Source: a virus (taxonomy: Duplodnaviria > Caudoviricetes). From it: DNA of 64,000 bases. The position numbers and the translations under genes were made by a program. The notes beneath the pieces were generated by a model that worked only from the letters and a program-made list of their open reading frames with translations, was not told where the DNA came from and ran no database searches. The DNA is taken from IMG/VR virus record IMGVR_UViG_3300028833_000071; one strand, written 5' to 3'. Positions 9,825 through 19,901 of the stretch are shown here, in pieces; within the stretch, counting starts at the first letter, position 1, and the number at the start of each line of letters is the position of its first letter.

Positions 9825-10512
9825 TTAAATAATTTATTATTCCATCGACATGGGTCTTGATTACCATTTTACGGCCCTCATCCGAAAGTATGTATTTTAA
9901 ATCTTCAATATTGTCATAGAAGAAATTTTCTGTTAATACAGCGGGGCAATTTGTGTTCTTTAAAATATAAAAATCGCTTTCCCAATCTTTATCACCATCG
10001 GATTTGTCGGTCCTTATTTTTAACCCCTTAAAGTTCTTTTCGGCTTCAGCATATAAATATTCAGCCAATTTATCGCTTTTTGTTGTGCCTTTTGTTGTAT
10101 ATGCAGACCATCCTCTTGCGTCTTTCCATTCGCTTCCACTACCAGCAGCATTGGAATGTACTGAAACTAAGATAACCTTATCTTTACCGACTTGGGAACA
10201 CATTTTGTTTACACGGTTCACACGTTCTTTTAATGAGATATCGTTATCTTCAGTTACAAGTAATCTGACATCATAACCCATTCCTTTTAGGCTATTATAA
10301 ATCTCATTGGCTATTTCTCTATTCCATTTGTATTCATAAAAATCCAATTCAGGTTTTATTCCTTTTGATGAATAAGGACTTCTTTTACCTGGGGTATCAT
10401 TTCCATGACCATTGTCTATATATATAACAGTTTCAGGTATATTGTTTGTGCTTTCAGGCATAATTTCATTGTTATTATCATTATTTTCTAAAGTGTTATC
10501 TTCTTCTTGCAT
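9814..10512 (-). CDS. N-acetylmuramoyl-L-alanine amidase (Amidase_3), endolysin-like
   Basis: IDNGHG, E..WN, VSVHSNA, PAVLTENFF. Confidence 0.92.
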   Translation of the reverse strand: MQEEDNTLENNDNNNEIMPESTNNIPETVIYIDNGHGNDTPGKRSPYSSKGIKPELDFYEYKWNREIANEIYNSLKGMGYDVRLLVTEDNDISLKERVNRVNKMCSQVGKDKVILVSVHSNAAGSGSEWKDARGWSAYTTKGTTKSDKLAEYLYAEAEKNFKGLKIRTDKSDGDKDWESDFYILKNTNCPAVLTENFFYDNIEDLKYILSDEGRKMVIKTHVDGIINYLNAI

Positions 10513-10596
10513 ATTGTCAACATTTTCCTTTTGAATTTTTTTTTTAAAAAGATTAATTATATTTTCAAGTATTTTTTTTATTTTTAATTTTAATTA

Positions 10597-11142
10597 TCAT
10601 TTTATCTTTCTTGAATTTTCTTTAATTAGTCTAACAGCCTTTTTAACCATATCATAAATATCATTTTCAGTTAAATGAATTTTTTTATTTTCATATAAGT
10701 CATCATCATCACGGTCATAAGGGTCAAAATCATAGTCACTATTATACTCATCACGTTCACCAGCAAGAAATTCCAAGTCAAAATCCATTAAATCTGCTAT
10801 TTCACCATAAGTCTTACCATCAATTTTATTTATTATGTCTTCATATATTATGTCTTCATAAGGGCCATCCTCATTTACAACAGAAATCTTTGTTATTTCG
10901 AAATCAAAATCACTATCATCCAACTCAAATTCAGCCGGATAAGCGTAATCATTTGAACTATAATTGCCTCGTCTTGTACAATACCAACTTGGACATTCAG
11001 TTACCTTATATTCAACATAATATGTATGCAATTTACCTTGAGCTTCTATGCAACCTTCAGTATTACTAATACCGCGATTCTCTTTGGAATTTCTTAATGC
11101 TTCCTTTAAATCTTGTATTATATTTTCAAGTGTTTCTTTCAT
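10597..11142 (-). CDS. Acidic protein with C-terminal LTE-helix tag
   Basis: KKIHLTENDIYDMVKKAVRLIKE. Confidence 0.65.
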   Translation of the reverse strand: MKETLENIIQDLKEALRNSKENRGISNTEGCIEAQGKLHTYYVEYKVTECPSWYCTRRGNYSSNDYAYPAEFELDDSDFDFEITKISVVNEDGPYEDIIYEDIINKIDGKTYGEIADLMDFDLEFLAGERDEYNSDYDFDPYDRDDDDLYENKKIHLTENDIYDMVKKAVRLIKENSRKIK

Positions 11143-11161
11143 TGTTTTTTATTTTAATTTG

Positions 11162-12580
11162 TTATTTTATTGGTGAAGTCATATAATATTGATAATGATA
11201 CCATCCGTTAAGTAAGTTTATTGCGTCCTGTTGAACCATACTATTTGTTGACACTTTTAATGTTAAAGTACCGGTGTAGTTCATAGTAAAAATTACAGTT
11301 GTATCTGCTGAAGAATTGGCTGGTACACTAACAGTTTTAATAAGAGTATTATTACCATATATATTAACATCTACATCAGAATTTTGGCTATTTGTAAGAG
11401 TTGGTAGATGAAGCCCATATGTATTGACACTTTTAAAATTGTCTATACTAGCGAAATCTTTGGTGGATGAATTAATACTTACAGCAGAACAGTAGTAAGT
11501 TGGTTCTTGTATTTTTCCAATTTCAGGGTCATTAAATTCATATTTATATCCTGGCCTTATTGCTTTTGTGTTGTTAAATGTTAATATTTTATATTTTTTT
11601 TCAGTTAAAAAGCCACCTGAATCGTTAATTATACAAGGTGCCATTTGTCTTGTATTACCACTTAAGAGCAAATAAGGATTTAAATTTGTATAATAATCAC
11701 TATTTACTGCCGGAATCATACTGGAAGTTAAAGAATGGTTTATACTGTTATAAGTTCTTGCTGCAACTGTTTCAGCATCAGTTTCGCCTGTTGTAGCATT
11801 TACAACTAGTGGGGTATTAAAAGTTGCAGTAAAGCCCTGTGTTGCTCCGTTAAAAAAACCTTTTCTCTGTAAGGTTCCTGTGACAGTAGTTGAAGTATTA
11901 GAACTTGTAGAAAGGCAAATAAATCCGTCAGTGCCGGTATATAAGGTTTTTGGTTTACTTCCTTCTAATTGTGGAAAAATTGTTGTTTGATTATCTATTG
12001 CAACTTTTACGCCTTGTATTGGTTGACCATCATATACAACTTTTACACTTATTTCATTTTCTCGCACAAAATTATTGGTGTTAGTAATACCTATTCCTGA
12101 GCATACTTGGTTATAATCCTTAACACATGCAGATTCACTTGTATATGATTGGCCCCAAAGAGTAATCCAAGTCTCAAGGGAAGTATGTGTTGTTGTAGAT
12201 AAGACAATTGGAATATAGCCCACAATACTTTGGCTTGAAAGATTACCGACTTGTGGCGTTGATGCAGTATAACGTGCTTTATAATATAAATTAATTTTAG
12301 AAGCGCCACTAAGATTACGTAATTTAATTACATTATCTGCTACACTTTGAAATACGCTTGCATAACTATCAGCCATATTTCCCGAAAAACTACGATTCCT
12401 ATCAAAGTAACCATGTAATGAATTTAATGCATATGTATATCCGCCACCAGACCATCCCCAATTTACATTATTTATGTCAGACGGGTCAAATGTCCCTTCG
12501 GTAGTTGTGTTTGAATATGCATTGCTATAATATCCATAATTACGTAATTCAGCCGCTAACCAATAATAATAAGTAGCCAT
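11162..12580 (-). CDS. Ser/Thr/Asn-rich beta protein, probable virion/tail component
   Basis: 473 aa; GQPIQGVKV..TGTDG Ig-like segment; ACTATTTAT at 12608-12616. Confidence 0.55.
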   Translation of the reverse strand: MATYYYWLAAELRNYGYYSNAYSNTTTEGTFDPSDINNVNWGWSGGGYTYALNSLHGYFDRNRSFSGNMADSYASVFQSVADNVIKLRNLSGASKINLYYKARYTASTPQVGNLSSQSIVGYIPIVLSTTTHTSLETWITLWGQSYTSESACVKDYNQVCSGIGITNTNNFVRENEISVKVVYDGQPIQGVKVAIDNQTTIFPQLEGSKPKTLYTGTDGFICLSTSSNTSTTVTGTLQRKGFFNGATQGFTATFNTPLVVNATTGETDAETVAARTYNSINHSLTSSMIPAVNSDYYTNLNPYLLLSGNTRQMAPCIINDSGGFLTEKKYKILTFNNTKAIRPGYKYEFNDPEIGKIQEPTYYCSAVSINSSTKDFASIDNFKSVNTYGLHLPTLTNSQNSDVDVNIYGNNTLIKTVSVPANSSADTTVIFTMNYTGTLTLKVSTNSMVQQDAINLLNGWYHYQYYMTSPIK

Positions 12581-12660
12581 ATTAAAATCTTTTATCTTTA
12601 TTTCTTTATAAATAGTTACGACATTGAAAATTAACAATAAAATAAGTGTTTTCTTTTTTC

Positions 12661-12682
12661 TTTGGCATAATTTTTGTATATT
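12661..12682 (+). promoter_or_regulatory. sigma54-like -24/-12 motif fused to TTGTATATT
   Basis: TTTGGCATA-ATTT-TTGTATATT; one of 13 intergenic copies. Confidence 0.7.
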
Positions 12683-12712
12683 AAGTTCATGGAAATTTAA
12701 AAACTTGGAAAA

Positions 12713-14029
12713 ATGGAAATTAAGACTTATTACGACATTTTAACTTATTTAAAAGAAGTTATCAAAGGTACTGAATATGAGGGCCATGTATTTTCTGTTG
12801 GAGGCTGTGAGCGAGATAAGCATCTTGGTTCAGATACCATCAAGGATATTGATATTGTTGTTGACCTTATGGATGGTGGAATTCGTTTCGCAAAGTGGCT
12901 TGAATCTAACGGACACACTAAAGGTTCCGTAGTTGTGTACGAGAACTTTGGCACAGCCATGTTCAAACTCAAGGAATTTCCTGACGAGGAAATTGAAACC
13001 GTACACACAAGAAAGGAAACCTACAGGGACAAGAACAGCCGTAACCCTGAGACTGCATTCGGAACAATCAATGACGATTGTTTCCGTAGGGACTTTACCA
13101 TCAACTCATTATACCACAACATTTCAAAGGATGAAGACCTTGACTTGACTGGTAGAGGCTTTGATGACCTTGAAAAAGGACTTATCTACACTTGCTCTTC
13201 TCCTGATTTAATCTTCACCGAGGACCCATTAAGGCAATTAAGAGCCGCAAGGTTTTCTGCAAAACTTGGTTTCCTTATTGATAATGATGTTTTTGAATCA
13301 ATGAAAAGGAACATTGAACGCCTTAAAATCATTTCTCAGGAACGAATCACCGATGAATTCAATAAGATTCTGATGTCTGGCCATCCATATATTGGATTGA
13401 GCTATCTTAATGACATTGGCTTTTTCGATACTATTACCCCGTACCTGTTCACTTATGAAAACGGAGAAAGAAATGAGGCCGCAAAGGAAGGTGCATTTGA
13501 ATCTGTATTGGAGATTGTTGAAAAATACAACTACGACCTTGAAACCGTTCTTGGTGCATTTGTCCAGAATTGGTATTGTGAAAGTAAGCAGAGAAATAAG
13601 TTCCTAAAGGAATTCAAGTACTCAAACGATACTATTAACAAAGTAAACTTCTATGCAATGAAAGCATTTCCTCTTGAACTTGCTTGTAAGTGGAAACTTG
13701 GAAGCAAAATCCGTGAGATTGCTTATGAATGCAACACGATTGAAGATTTCAGCCACATTGTTGCAATTGCAAAATCATTCCCAAGACTAAAAGACGGAAT
13801 CTGTGTATTTAATTTTCTCAAAACAATTGATATTGATGAAATGATTGGGTATAAACTCCCCGTCAATGGTGACGATATTATGGAAATTCGTGGCATAGGC
13901 CCATGTAAAGAAGTAAAAACAATAATTGACCATTTGCTCGAATGCGCATTCATGAATCCAAAAATCACAAGAGACGAATGCGTTGAAATAATAAAAAATG
14001 TTAAACTAAAAAATATTGTAGTAAAATGA
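12713..14029 (+). CDS. cca: CCA-adding tRNA nucleotidyltransferase (class II)
   Basis: VGGCERD, DIDIVV, RRDFTINSL, EDPLRQLRAARF, SQERITDEF. Confidence 0.88.
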   Translation: MEIKTYYDILTYLKEVIKGTEYEGHVFSVGGCERDKHLGSDTIKDIDIVVDLMDGGIRFAKWLESNGHTKGSVVVYENFGTAMFKLKEFPDEEIETVHTRKETYRDKNSRNPETAFGTINDDCFRRDFTINSLYHNISKDEDLDLTGRGFDDLEKGLIYTCSSPDLIFTEDPLRQLRAARFSAKLGFLIDNDVFESMKRNIERLKIISQERITDEFNKILMSGHPYIGLSYLNDIGFFDTITPYLFTYENGERNEAAKEGAFESVLEIVEKYNYDLETVLGAFVQNWYCESKQRNKFLKEFKYSNDTINKVNFYAMKAFPLELACKWKLGSKIREIAYECNTIEDFSHIVAIAKSFPRLKDGICVFNFLKTIDIDEMIGYKLPVNGDDIMEIRGIGPCKEVKTIIDHLLECAFMNPKITRDECVEIIKNVKLKNIVVK

Positions 14030-14601
14030 GCGGAAAAGATGTTTTGACCCTTTTATTGTGTTCATTCGGGTATGATAGAAACATAAAAATCGAAGTGACA
14101 AATGTTGGCTATAGCGAGCCAATGTATGATGTATATGCTGAAAATAAAGATGGTGATGTATATGAGCAAATTGATAGTGAGGGGCTTATGTTTCATATAT
14201 ACGAAATCATTTCATATATGACAGAATATAATAAGTACATAAACGGTCCGTCAGAAAAAACTAAAAATTTTGATTTAAACAATTTGCATTTTGAAAGCAA
14301 ATGGTGGGGTGTTGCGCCAAAGCACATACTTAATGCGGAGACAAGAGAAAAAATAATAAAGGAAAATGACGAAAGGGATGAAAGAATAAAGCAAGAAATC
14401 GAAAGAATGAAACCATTTGATAAATGGGTCGAAGAGCATAATCCATGCAATTCTTGCACAGAAAAAGTTCCTTTGACATCACTTCCTTCAGGATGGCATC
14501 ACGATTGTGAAATATGTTATAATGGAAGATGCCCAAAAATGAGACATTTTTTGGATGTGGAGTATAAAGAAGAACTTAAAAAATATAGAGATGGAAAATA
14601 A
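14026..14601 (+). CDS. Hypothetical protein with C-terminal Cys cluster
   Basis: Coupled start; CxxC..CxxC. Confidence 0.65.
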   Translation: MSGKDVLTLLLCSFGYDRNIKIEVTNVGYSEPMYDVYAENKDGDVYEQIDSEGLMFHIYEIISYMTEYNKYINGPSEKTKNFDLNNLHFESKWWGVAPKHILNAETREKIIKENDERDERIKQEIERMKPFDKWVEEHNPCNSCTEKVPLTSLPSGWHHDCEICYNGRCPKMRHFLDVEYKEELKKYRDGK

Positions 14602-15415
14602 TTTTAAGTTCACGGAAGAGTATATCCAAAAGAAACTTGACGGATTCTTTGCTGATAGCACAAAGAAATATGTCATCGAAAATCTTTATGTTTTTAGTTG
14701 GGAATCCGACAAGCTGATTGAAACAAGGTCTGGACTTATATATGAATTTGAGATTAAGATAAGCAGGTCAGATTTCAAGAATGACTTCAAGAAAAAGGAC
14801 AGACATATCATACTTGAGGGCGGACAAACACATTTGCCAATATTTGAAACTTTAAATCCGATATACCAGAAAATGTACGAAAAGAATTATTTGGTCAGTA
14901 ATTTCAAAAAGCCTAATTACTTTTATTATGCGGTTCCTGAGGGCCTTATCACAGTAGATGAAGTACCTGAATACGCTGGCTTGATATATATTATTCCTGA
15001 TGACGGAGAATACCACTTTACATGGTTTCGGATTGCCAAGCAAGCGCCTAAATTGCACAATGTAAAATATTCAGACGATGACCTTAATCTTGGAGAAAAG
15101 TTCTATTACAATATGCTGTCATGGAAAGATAAGTTCCGTCAGGAAAGGGAAAAACAACTTCTTGCCGAAGGTGCTGACCAAAAAATGACATATGCTGAAT
15201 TGCTTGACAAATACAACAAATCAAAAAGAGAAATAAATGGCTACAAGGCCCTTATTAATCAATTAGACGAGCAAAAGAAACTCCATTTCGAGAATGAATT
15301 GAATGATAGGGAAATCATAAAAGCCTATAGAAAAAAAGTTAATGATTTTGACAAAAGTTTTAATCCCTTTGATTTTGAAAATAAAATAATTGAAGAATAT
15401 GAAAATTTGGCATAA
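14591..15415 (+). CDS. PD-(D/E)XK nuclease-like protein (MmcB-like)
   Basis: WESD..IYEFEIKISRSDFKND, PNYFYYAVP. Confidence 0.7.
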   Translation: MENNFKFTEEYIQKKLDGFFADSTKKYVIENLYVFSWESDKLIETRSGLIYEFEIKISRSDFKNDFKKKDRHIILEGGQTHLPIFETLNPIYQKMYEKNYLVSNFKKPNYFYYAVPEGLITVDEVPEYAGLIYIIPDDGEYHFTWFRIAKQAPKLHNVKYSDDDLNLGEKFYYNMLSWKDKFRQEREKQLLAEGADQKMTYAELLDKYNKSKREINGYKALINQLDEQKKLHFENELNDREIIKAYRKKVNDFDKSFNPFDFENKIIEEYENLA

Positions 15416-15427
15416 TTTTTGTATATT
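15406..15427 (+). promoter_or_regulatory. sigma54-like motif fused to TTGTATATT
   Basis: TTTGGCATAATTTTTGTATATT, identical to 12661. Confidence 0.7.
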
Positions 15428-15461
15428 ATAAAATAGAAATAAATTAAAAAAAAATTAAATT

Positions 15462-16286
15462 ATGGATTATCATTATACAGATATTTTTGAAATTGATGGG
15501 CAACTGATTGTTGCTGAAACGATTGAAGAGGCAATAAAATTGGCTTATGCTTTTAATGTATTGAATGATGGTTATGAGGTTACAAATATCAGACGTATAA
15601 CGGCTGATTATCCACATACATATTATGCAATTGAAGAAGAAAAGGAAAATTGTCCGGGTTTAGGAATAGGAATCTCATCTCATGAATATGTTGACCTTGG
15701 ATTGCCAAGTGGTACACTGTGGGCTACTTGCAATATAGGTGCTGAAAACCCCGAAGATGCTGGCTTGTACTTCCAATGGGGTGACACTCAAGGATATACC
15801 GCTGCACAAGTAGGTACTGACAAGGTATTTGATTGTGTACACTACAAATACAGCAACGCTGATGGCTCTGAAATGACCAAATACAATTCAACTGATGGCA
15901 AGACAGTCCTTGATAACGAGGATGACGCAGCCTATGTTAATTGGGGTAGTGATTGGAAGATGCCTACATTGGCTGATATAGAGGAATTGACTGCCAATAC
16001 CACTCACGAAGTCGTTACTGTCAACGGTGTATCTGGTATGAGTTTCACTAGTAAAAACGGTAATGGTAATAGTATTTTTGTTCCTTTTGCTGGCTGTGCT
16101 GGTGAGAATGATGTTCTTTATGTTGAAAAGATAAGAGTATGCTATTATTGGTCAAGTTCACTCAATAGTGAGTATAATAGTTTTGCTCATAAACTTTATG
16201 TTAAAAATAATGGGAACGTCTATATCCGCAGCGAGAATCGTTGTGTCGGCTTCCCTGTGCGTCCTGTGCGTGTTCAGAACCAATAA
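15462..16286 (+). CDS. Bacteroidetes-type C-lectin-fold protein (DUF1566/FISUMP-like)
   Basis: HEYVDLGLPSGTLWATCNIGA, WKMPT, YYWSSS, GFPVRPV. Confidence 0.75.
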   Translation: MDYHYTDIFEIDGQLIVAETIEEAIKLAYAFNVLNDGYEVTNIRRITADYPHTYYAIEEEKENCPGLGIGISSHEYVDLGLPSGTLWATCNIGAENPEDAGLYFQWGDTQGYTAAQVGTDKVFDCVHYKYSNADGSEMTKYNSTDGKTVLDNEDDAAYVNWGSDWKMPTLADIEELTANTTHEVVTVNGVSGMSFTSKNGNGNSIFVPFAGCAGENDVLYVEKIRVCYYWSSSLNSEYNSFAHKLYVKNNGNVYIRSENRCVGFPVRPVRVQNQ

Positions 16287-16329
16287 TAATCAAAAACAAA
16301 ATTAAAACTATATATAAAAAATTATCGTT

Positions 16330-16605
16330 ATGAAAAAAGAGTATAGTGTAAAAAGTGACCGTTATGGGCACACACATCATTTTGTTTTAACAACAAAGCC
16401 TAATTACATATTCAAACCAGCAGAATCATGGATGCCAATCTATATAACTACCGACTCTGCAACAAAAAAAATATTAGCCGTAGATACTGAAGGTGGCCCA
16501 TATTTGACTGTTGGATGGAGTAATGATGAAATTGAAATCAAAGAAATATACGAAGTTGGCACAAAGATATTTTTCATATTAGAAGAGAAAAAAGATGAAG
16601 AATAG
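16330..16605 (+). CDS. Hypothetical protein
   Basis: ORF in operon. Confidence 0.65.
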   Translation: MKKEYSVKSDRYGHTHHFVLTTKPNYIFKPAESWMPIYITTDSATKKILAVDTEGGPYLTVGWSNDEIEIKEIYEVGTKIFFILEEKKDEE

Positions 16606-17095
16606 TTTTATTGTTTATGATAAGCATGTGGCTTTTTGGGGTTCTGAGTTTTCAAATTTTTACCCATGCAAATTCACTTATTTGGGTAAAGAGTTTAAAT
16701 CTTCTGAGCAGGCTTTTATGTATGAGAAAGCATTGTTTTTCAAGGATAATAAAACAGCCGAATTAATACTTAATGCCAATACACCAAAAGAAGCCAAAGC
16801 ACTTGGAAGACAAGTTGCAAATTATGATGATGAAATATGGGCTGAAGCCCGTGAAGACATTATGTATAATGTGGTTTTGGCAAAATTTACACAAAATTCA
16901 GAATTGGGAAAATTAATAACAAAAGCAGATTTATCAGATAAGACTTTTGTTGAAGGAAGCTATTATGATGGTATATGGGGTGTTAAAATGGATTATAGGA
17001 ATCCTGATATTGATAATGAAGAAAATTGGAAAGGCCAAAATCTTTTGGGCAAAGTACTTAACAGAGTTAGAGAATTCATAATCAGATGCTTATAG
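16595..17095 (+). CDS. NADAR/YbiA family N-glycosidase
   Basis: FSNFY, SSEQAFMYEKA, AKFTQN, IWG, GQNLLGKVL. Confidence 0.92.
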   Translation: MKNSFIVYDKHVAFWGSEFSNFYPCKFTYLGKEFKSSEQAFMYEKALFFKDNKTAELILNANTPKEAKALGRQVANYDDEIWAEAREDIMYNVVLAKFTQNSELGKLITKADLSDKTFVEGSYYDGIWGVKMDYRNPDIDNEENWKGQNLLGKVLNRVREFIIRCL

Positions 17096-17115
17096 GAATA
17101 AATTTATAAAATATA

Positions 17116-17550
17116 ATGGATAAAACAAAAAACATAATGAAGTACGACGAATACATGGACAAAGAGTGCATTCCGATTTGCGATGCATTGAACGAGTTGC
17201 CTGGTGTGACCACATTCGAATCATGTTGTGGTCATCTTCAAAGACGATATGTTGTGTATCTTTATACCGACAACCCATATTCGATGGCTGTAATCGCAAG
17301 AGCATTGGACAGAAGATACCTTCCCGCAAAATCTACATGGAAAGTGACAATCGAAACAATTGATGTTGAAAGGATTCCACAGTTCTGCATCGGTATATAT
17401 TCTGAAGAACCATTCAAAGATTATGATACAATGATGCATGATGTAAACGAGGTTGTTGAATCAATAAATTATTGGAGACAACCTGAATTTTATGACTATT
17501 TCAAGTTCACTAAATACAATAAAGATGTAAGTGAATCTTTGTGCCAATAA
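17116..17550 (+). CDS. Hypothetical protein, near-identical paralog of 54066..54473
   Basis: Shared TFESCCGH..VVYLYTDNPYSMAVIARALDRRYLP. Confidence 0.75.
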   Translation: MDKTKNIMKYDEYMDKECIPICDALNELPGVTTFESCCGHLQRRYVVYLYTDNPYSMAVIARALDRRYLPAKSTWKVTIETIDVERIPQFCIGIYSEEPFKDYDTMMHDVNEVVESINYWRQPEFYDYFKFTKYNKDVSESLCQ

Positions 17551-17563
17551 GTATATAATTACC
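17540..17563 (-). mobile_element. Solo transposon terminal inverted repeat
   Basis: Reverse complement GGTAATTATATACTTATTGGCACA, followed by A8; matches TIRs at 36227 and 37489. Confidence 0.75.
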
Positions 17564-17571
17564 AAAAAAAA

Positions 17572-17640
17572 TTGTATATTTAGAATAGAGCAATTCATCC
17601 CCACCTGAAGGAAGGGGACTTCTTGCTTGATTAATTAAAA
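17572..17640 (-). mobile_element. IS200/IS605 left-end remnant with outward TTGTATATT promoter
   Basis: TTGTATATTTAG.ATAGAGCAATTCATCCC hairpin..TTCTTGCT matches 25002-25059. Confidence 0.8.
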
Positions 17641-17667
17641 CAAATATAATTTTAAAAAATTAAATAA

Positions 17668-18402
17668 ATGAATGAAAAACAAAAAAATATGGAGGAATTT
17701 TGTCAGAGGGAAAAAGGTACTAAGATAAAGACTTTTTTCACCTCTGACCTGTAGCTACATTTCAGTCATTCTTCCATCTTATATTTCCATCCAGAAAGAA
17801 GAGAAGCCTGTGGTATTACATTAGAAGAGTTGCGACAGGATAAAGATGCAGCAATTGAAAAACACGATGAATGGTTAATTCAATTATGGAATAATACTGT
17901 TAAAAAATGTGACAACATCTATATTCTTGGTGATTTTTGCCTTGGTAACAAAGAGCGTACCGAACAAATTCTTAAAAGATTAAAGGGTAATAAATACCTT
18001 ATCAGAGGAAACCATGACAAAAGTTGTAATGGTCTTGAAAATTATTTCAAATGGGTCGGTGATATTAAAGAGGTTAAATTTACCAATAATCAATATAAAT
18101 TTATTGACCCAAATGAGACCTTCTGTGTTGAAATATGCCATTATCCATTATTAACTTGGAATAGAAGACCACATGGTACTGTACACCTCCATGGGCATTG
18201 CCATGGTACTATCGAAGATTTTAATACAAATTCAAAGGAATTAAGGCTTGATGTTGGCCTTGATACCAAAATTGCCAATTATAATTTAATTGATTTGGAA
18301 ACAATTTATAAATATTTTATCGAAATTCGCAATAAATCAGGCGTTTCAACATTCAATGATTATAACGAATGGCTTATGAAAGAACAAGGCTTTAGAATGT
18401 GA
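17668..18402 (+). CDS. Calcineurin-like metallophosphoesterase interrupted by in-frame TAG (17752-17754)
   Basis: FFTSDL*LHFSH, ILGD, RGNHD, CHYP, HLHGHCH all in one frame. Confidence 0.85.
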
Positions 18403-18455
18403 TTTTTTGAAAAATTAAAATTATTTTTGTATATTTAAATTATAATTTTAATAAA

Positions 18456-18836
18456 ATGAAAAGAGGCAAGGCATATTATTTAATAAAAGAGTGCTTCGAT
18501 GAGGTAAAAAAACAAATACCGAATATCGAACTTGACCAATATAGGGATGGTGGTTCTCTTGCGATAACAATACCCACTGACACATATGATAACATTGTTA
18601 TGCTTGCACCAATTAGAAATGTGAAATTTAATGATAGAAACGAACATTTTATTGAATATGTGGTCACATTAAAAGAAGGGTGTACAAAGTTCGAAGACTT
18701 TTATAATAAAGAAAATACATTGGAAAGTGTTATGCTTGAAGATAGGCCTTATATGTTACCAAATCATAAATTTGACCAAAATAAATTAAAATCTGAAATC
18801 ATAAAAATTTTAAAAAATAGATTAAAAATAAATTAA
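18456..18836 (+). CDS. Hypothetical protein
   Basis: Follows TTGTATATT at 18427. Confidence 0.65.
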   Translation: MKRGKAYYLIKECFDEVKKQIPNIELDQYRDGGSLAITIPTDTYDNIVMLAPIRNVKFNDRNEHFIEYVVTLKEGCTKFEDFYNKENTLESVMLEDRPYMLPNHKFDQNKLKSEIIKILKNRLKIN

Positions 18837-18978
18837 AATTATGACACTTGATGAATTAATAACACATTTAACAAATCTTAGCCAAGCAGATTATGATAAT
18901 TATGAAGTTAATATCACTGAGATAAATATTGATGTTAATAATGAGAAAATAATAATCAGTTAAAAAAAAAAATAGTAT

Positions 18979-19350
18979 ATGAACATTTATTATTTGGGAT
19001 TTAAGTTTAAGGCTGATGTAATCGTATTAAAGGTCACAGCCAATCAATTGGCCAATGAATTGTTGGGCAATGCCGATAATATAATGGATTTGAAATGGAA
19101 CCATGAACACAAAGATACTGAATTTGGAATAAGTGAACAAGGGTATACCAATCATTTTTATATTGATGGAGAACGATATGTCGTTGAATTTTCAGATGAC
19201 CCACATTTCTTGAATTTGTATGAATATCATAAGGAAGACGATGGAACATGGTATGGTGAAAATAGAGTTGCTGAAAATATTCCATGGATTTGCCTCAAAA
19301 TAGAAGACGAAAACGGTAATGAAATTTATAATTTAAATAATGAAATATAA
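18979..19350 (+). CDS. Hypothetical protein, paralog of 19902..20279
   Basis: Shared KVTANQL..ELLGN..DDPHF..GNEIYNLNNEI. Confidence 0.75.
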   Translation: MNIYYLGFKFKADVIVLKVTANQLANELLGNADNIMDLKWNHEHKDTEFGISEQGYTNHFYIDGERYVVEFSDDPHFLNLYEYHKEDDGTWYGENRVAENIPWICLKIEDENGNEIYNLNNEI

Positions 19351-19352
19351 TT

Positions 19353-19637
19353 ATGATATATCCATTAACAAAAGAACATCTTACTAAAGACGATATTAAG
19401 GTTGTTAAACACCTAAATGCTATTAATAATCTTTTTAAAAAGGGTGACTTAACCGTATCATCTTTATTTGCTGATACTGGTTCATTAAAATTGTTAAAAA
19501 CTATAGATGGTATTGATTATGAAGTTGAATCTTATTGTCATATTATTTGTGATGGTGGTGACCCTGATTCGTCTGGATTTTTTGGTATACATTCTCAAGA
19601 AGAATTGGAAAATTTATACGAAGAAGAAAATGTTTAA
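19353..19637 (+). CDS. Hypothetical protein
   Basis: ORF in operon. Confidence 0.6.
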   Translation: MIYPLTKEHLTKDDIKVVKHLNAINNLFKKGDLTVSSLFADTGSLKLLKTIDGIDYEVESYCHIICDGGDPDSSGFFGIHSQEELENLYEEENV

Positions 19638-19671
19638 AATAAAAAAAAAAGAAAAATGTTTGTAATTTAAT

Positions 19672-19881
19672 ATGGATACAGTAAAGGTTTATATTCAGCA
19701 TTACCAATGTGGTCTTAGCGGCGAACTTATAGATTGCAGACATTATAAAGGAGAATGCAGGGAATGTTCAAACCATCATAAGAGTTTTGTCGAAGAAAAA
19801 AATGTGACAAAAGATGAACTTTTAGAATTAATAAATAACGCATCAGATTGGTATGATGTTTTAGAAAAATATGAAAAATAA
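19672..19881 (+). CDS. Small Cys-rich hypothetical protein
   Basis: ORF in operon. Confidence 0.55.
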   Translation: MDTVKVYIQHYQCGLSGELIDCRHYKGECRECSNHHKSFVEEKNVTKDELLELINNASDWYDVLEKYEK

Positions 19882-19901
19882 AAAGGTATTATTATAAATT
19901 A

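Noticed and set aside
10513-10600. Programmed slippage extending the amidase N-terminus through A-tracts
   Set aside because: The upstream frame is open but lacks an ATG; this cannot be separated from AT-rich chance or homopolymer error.
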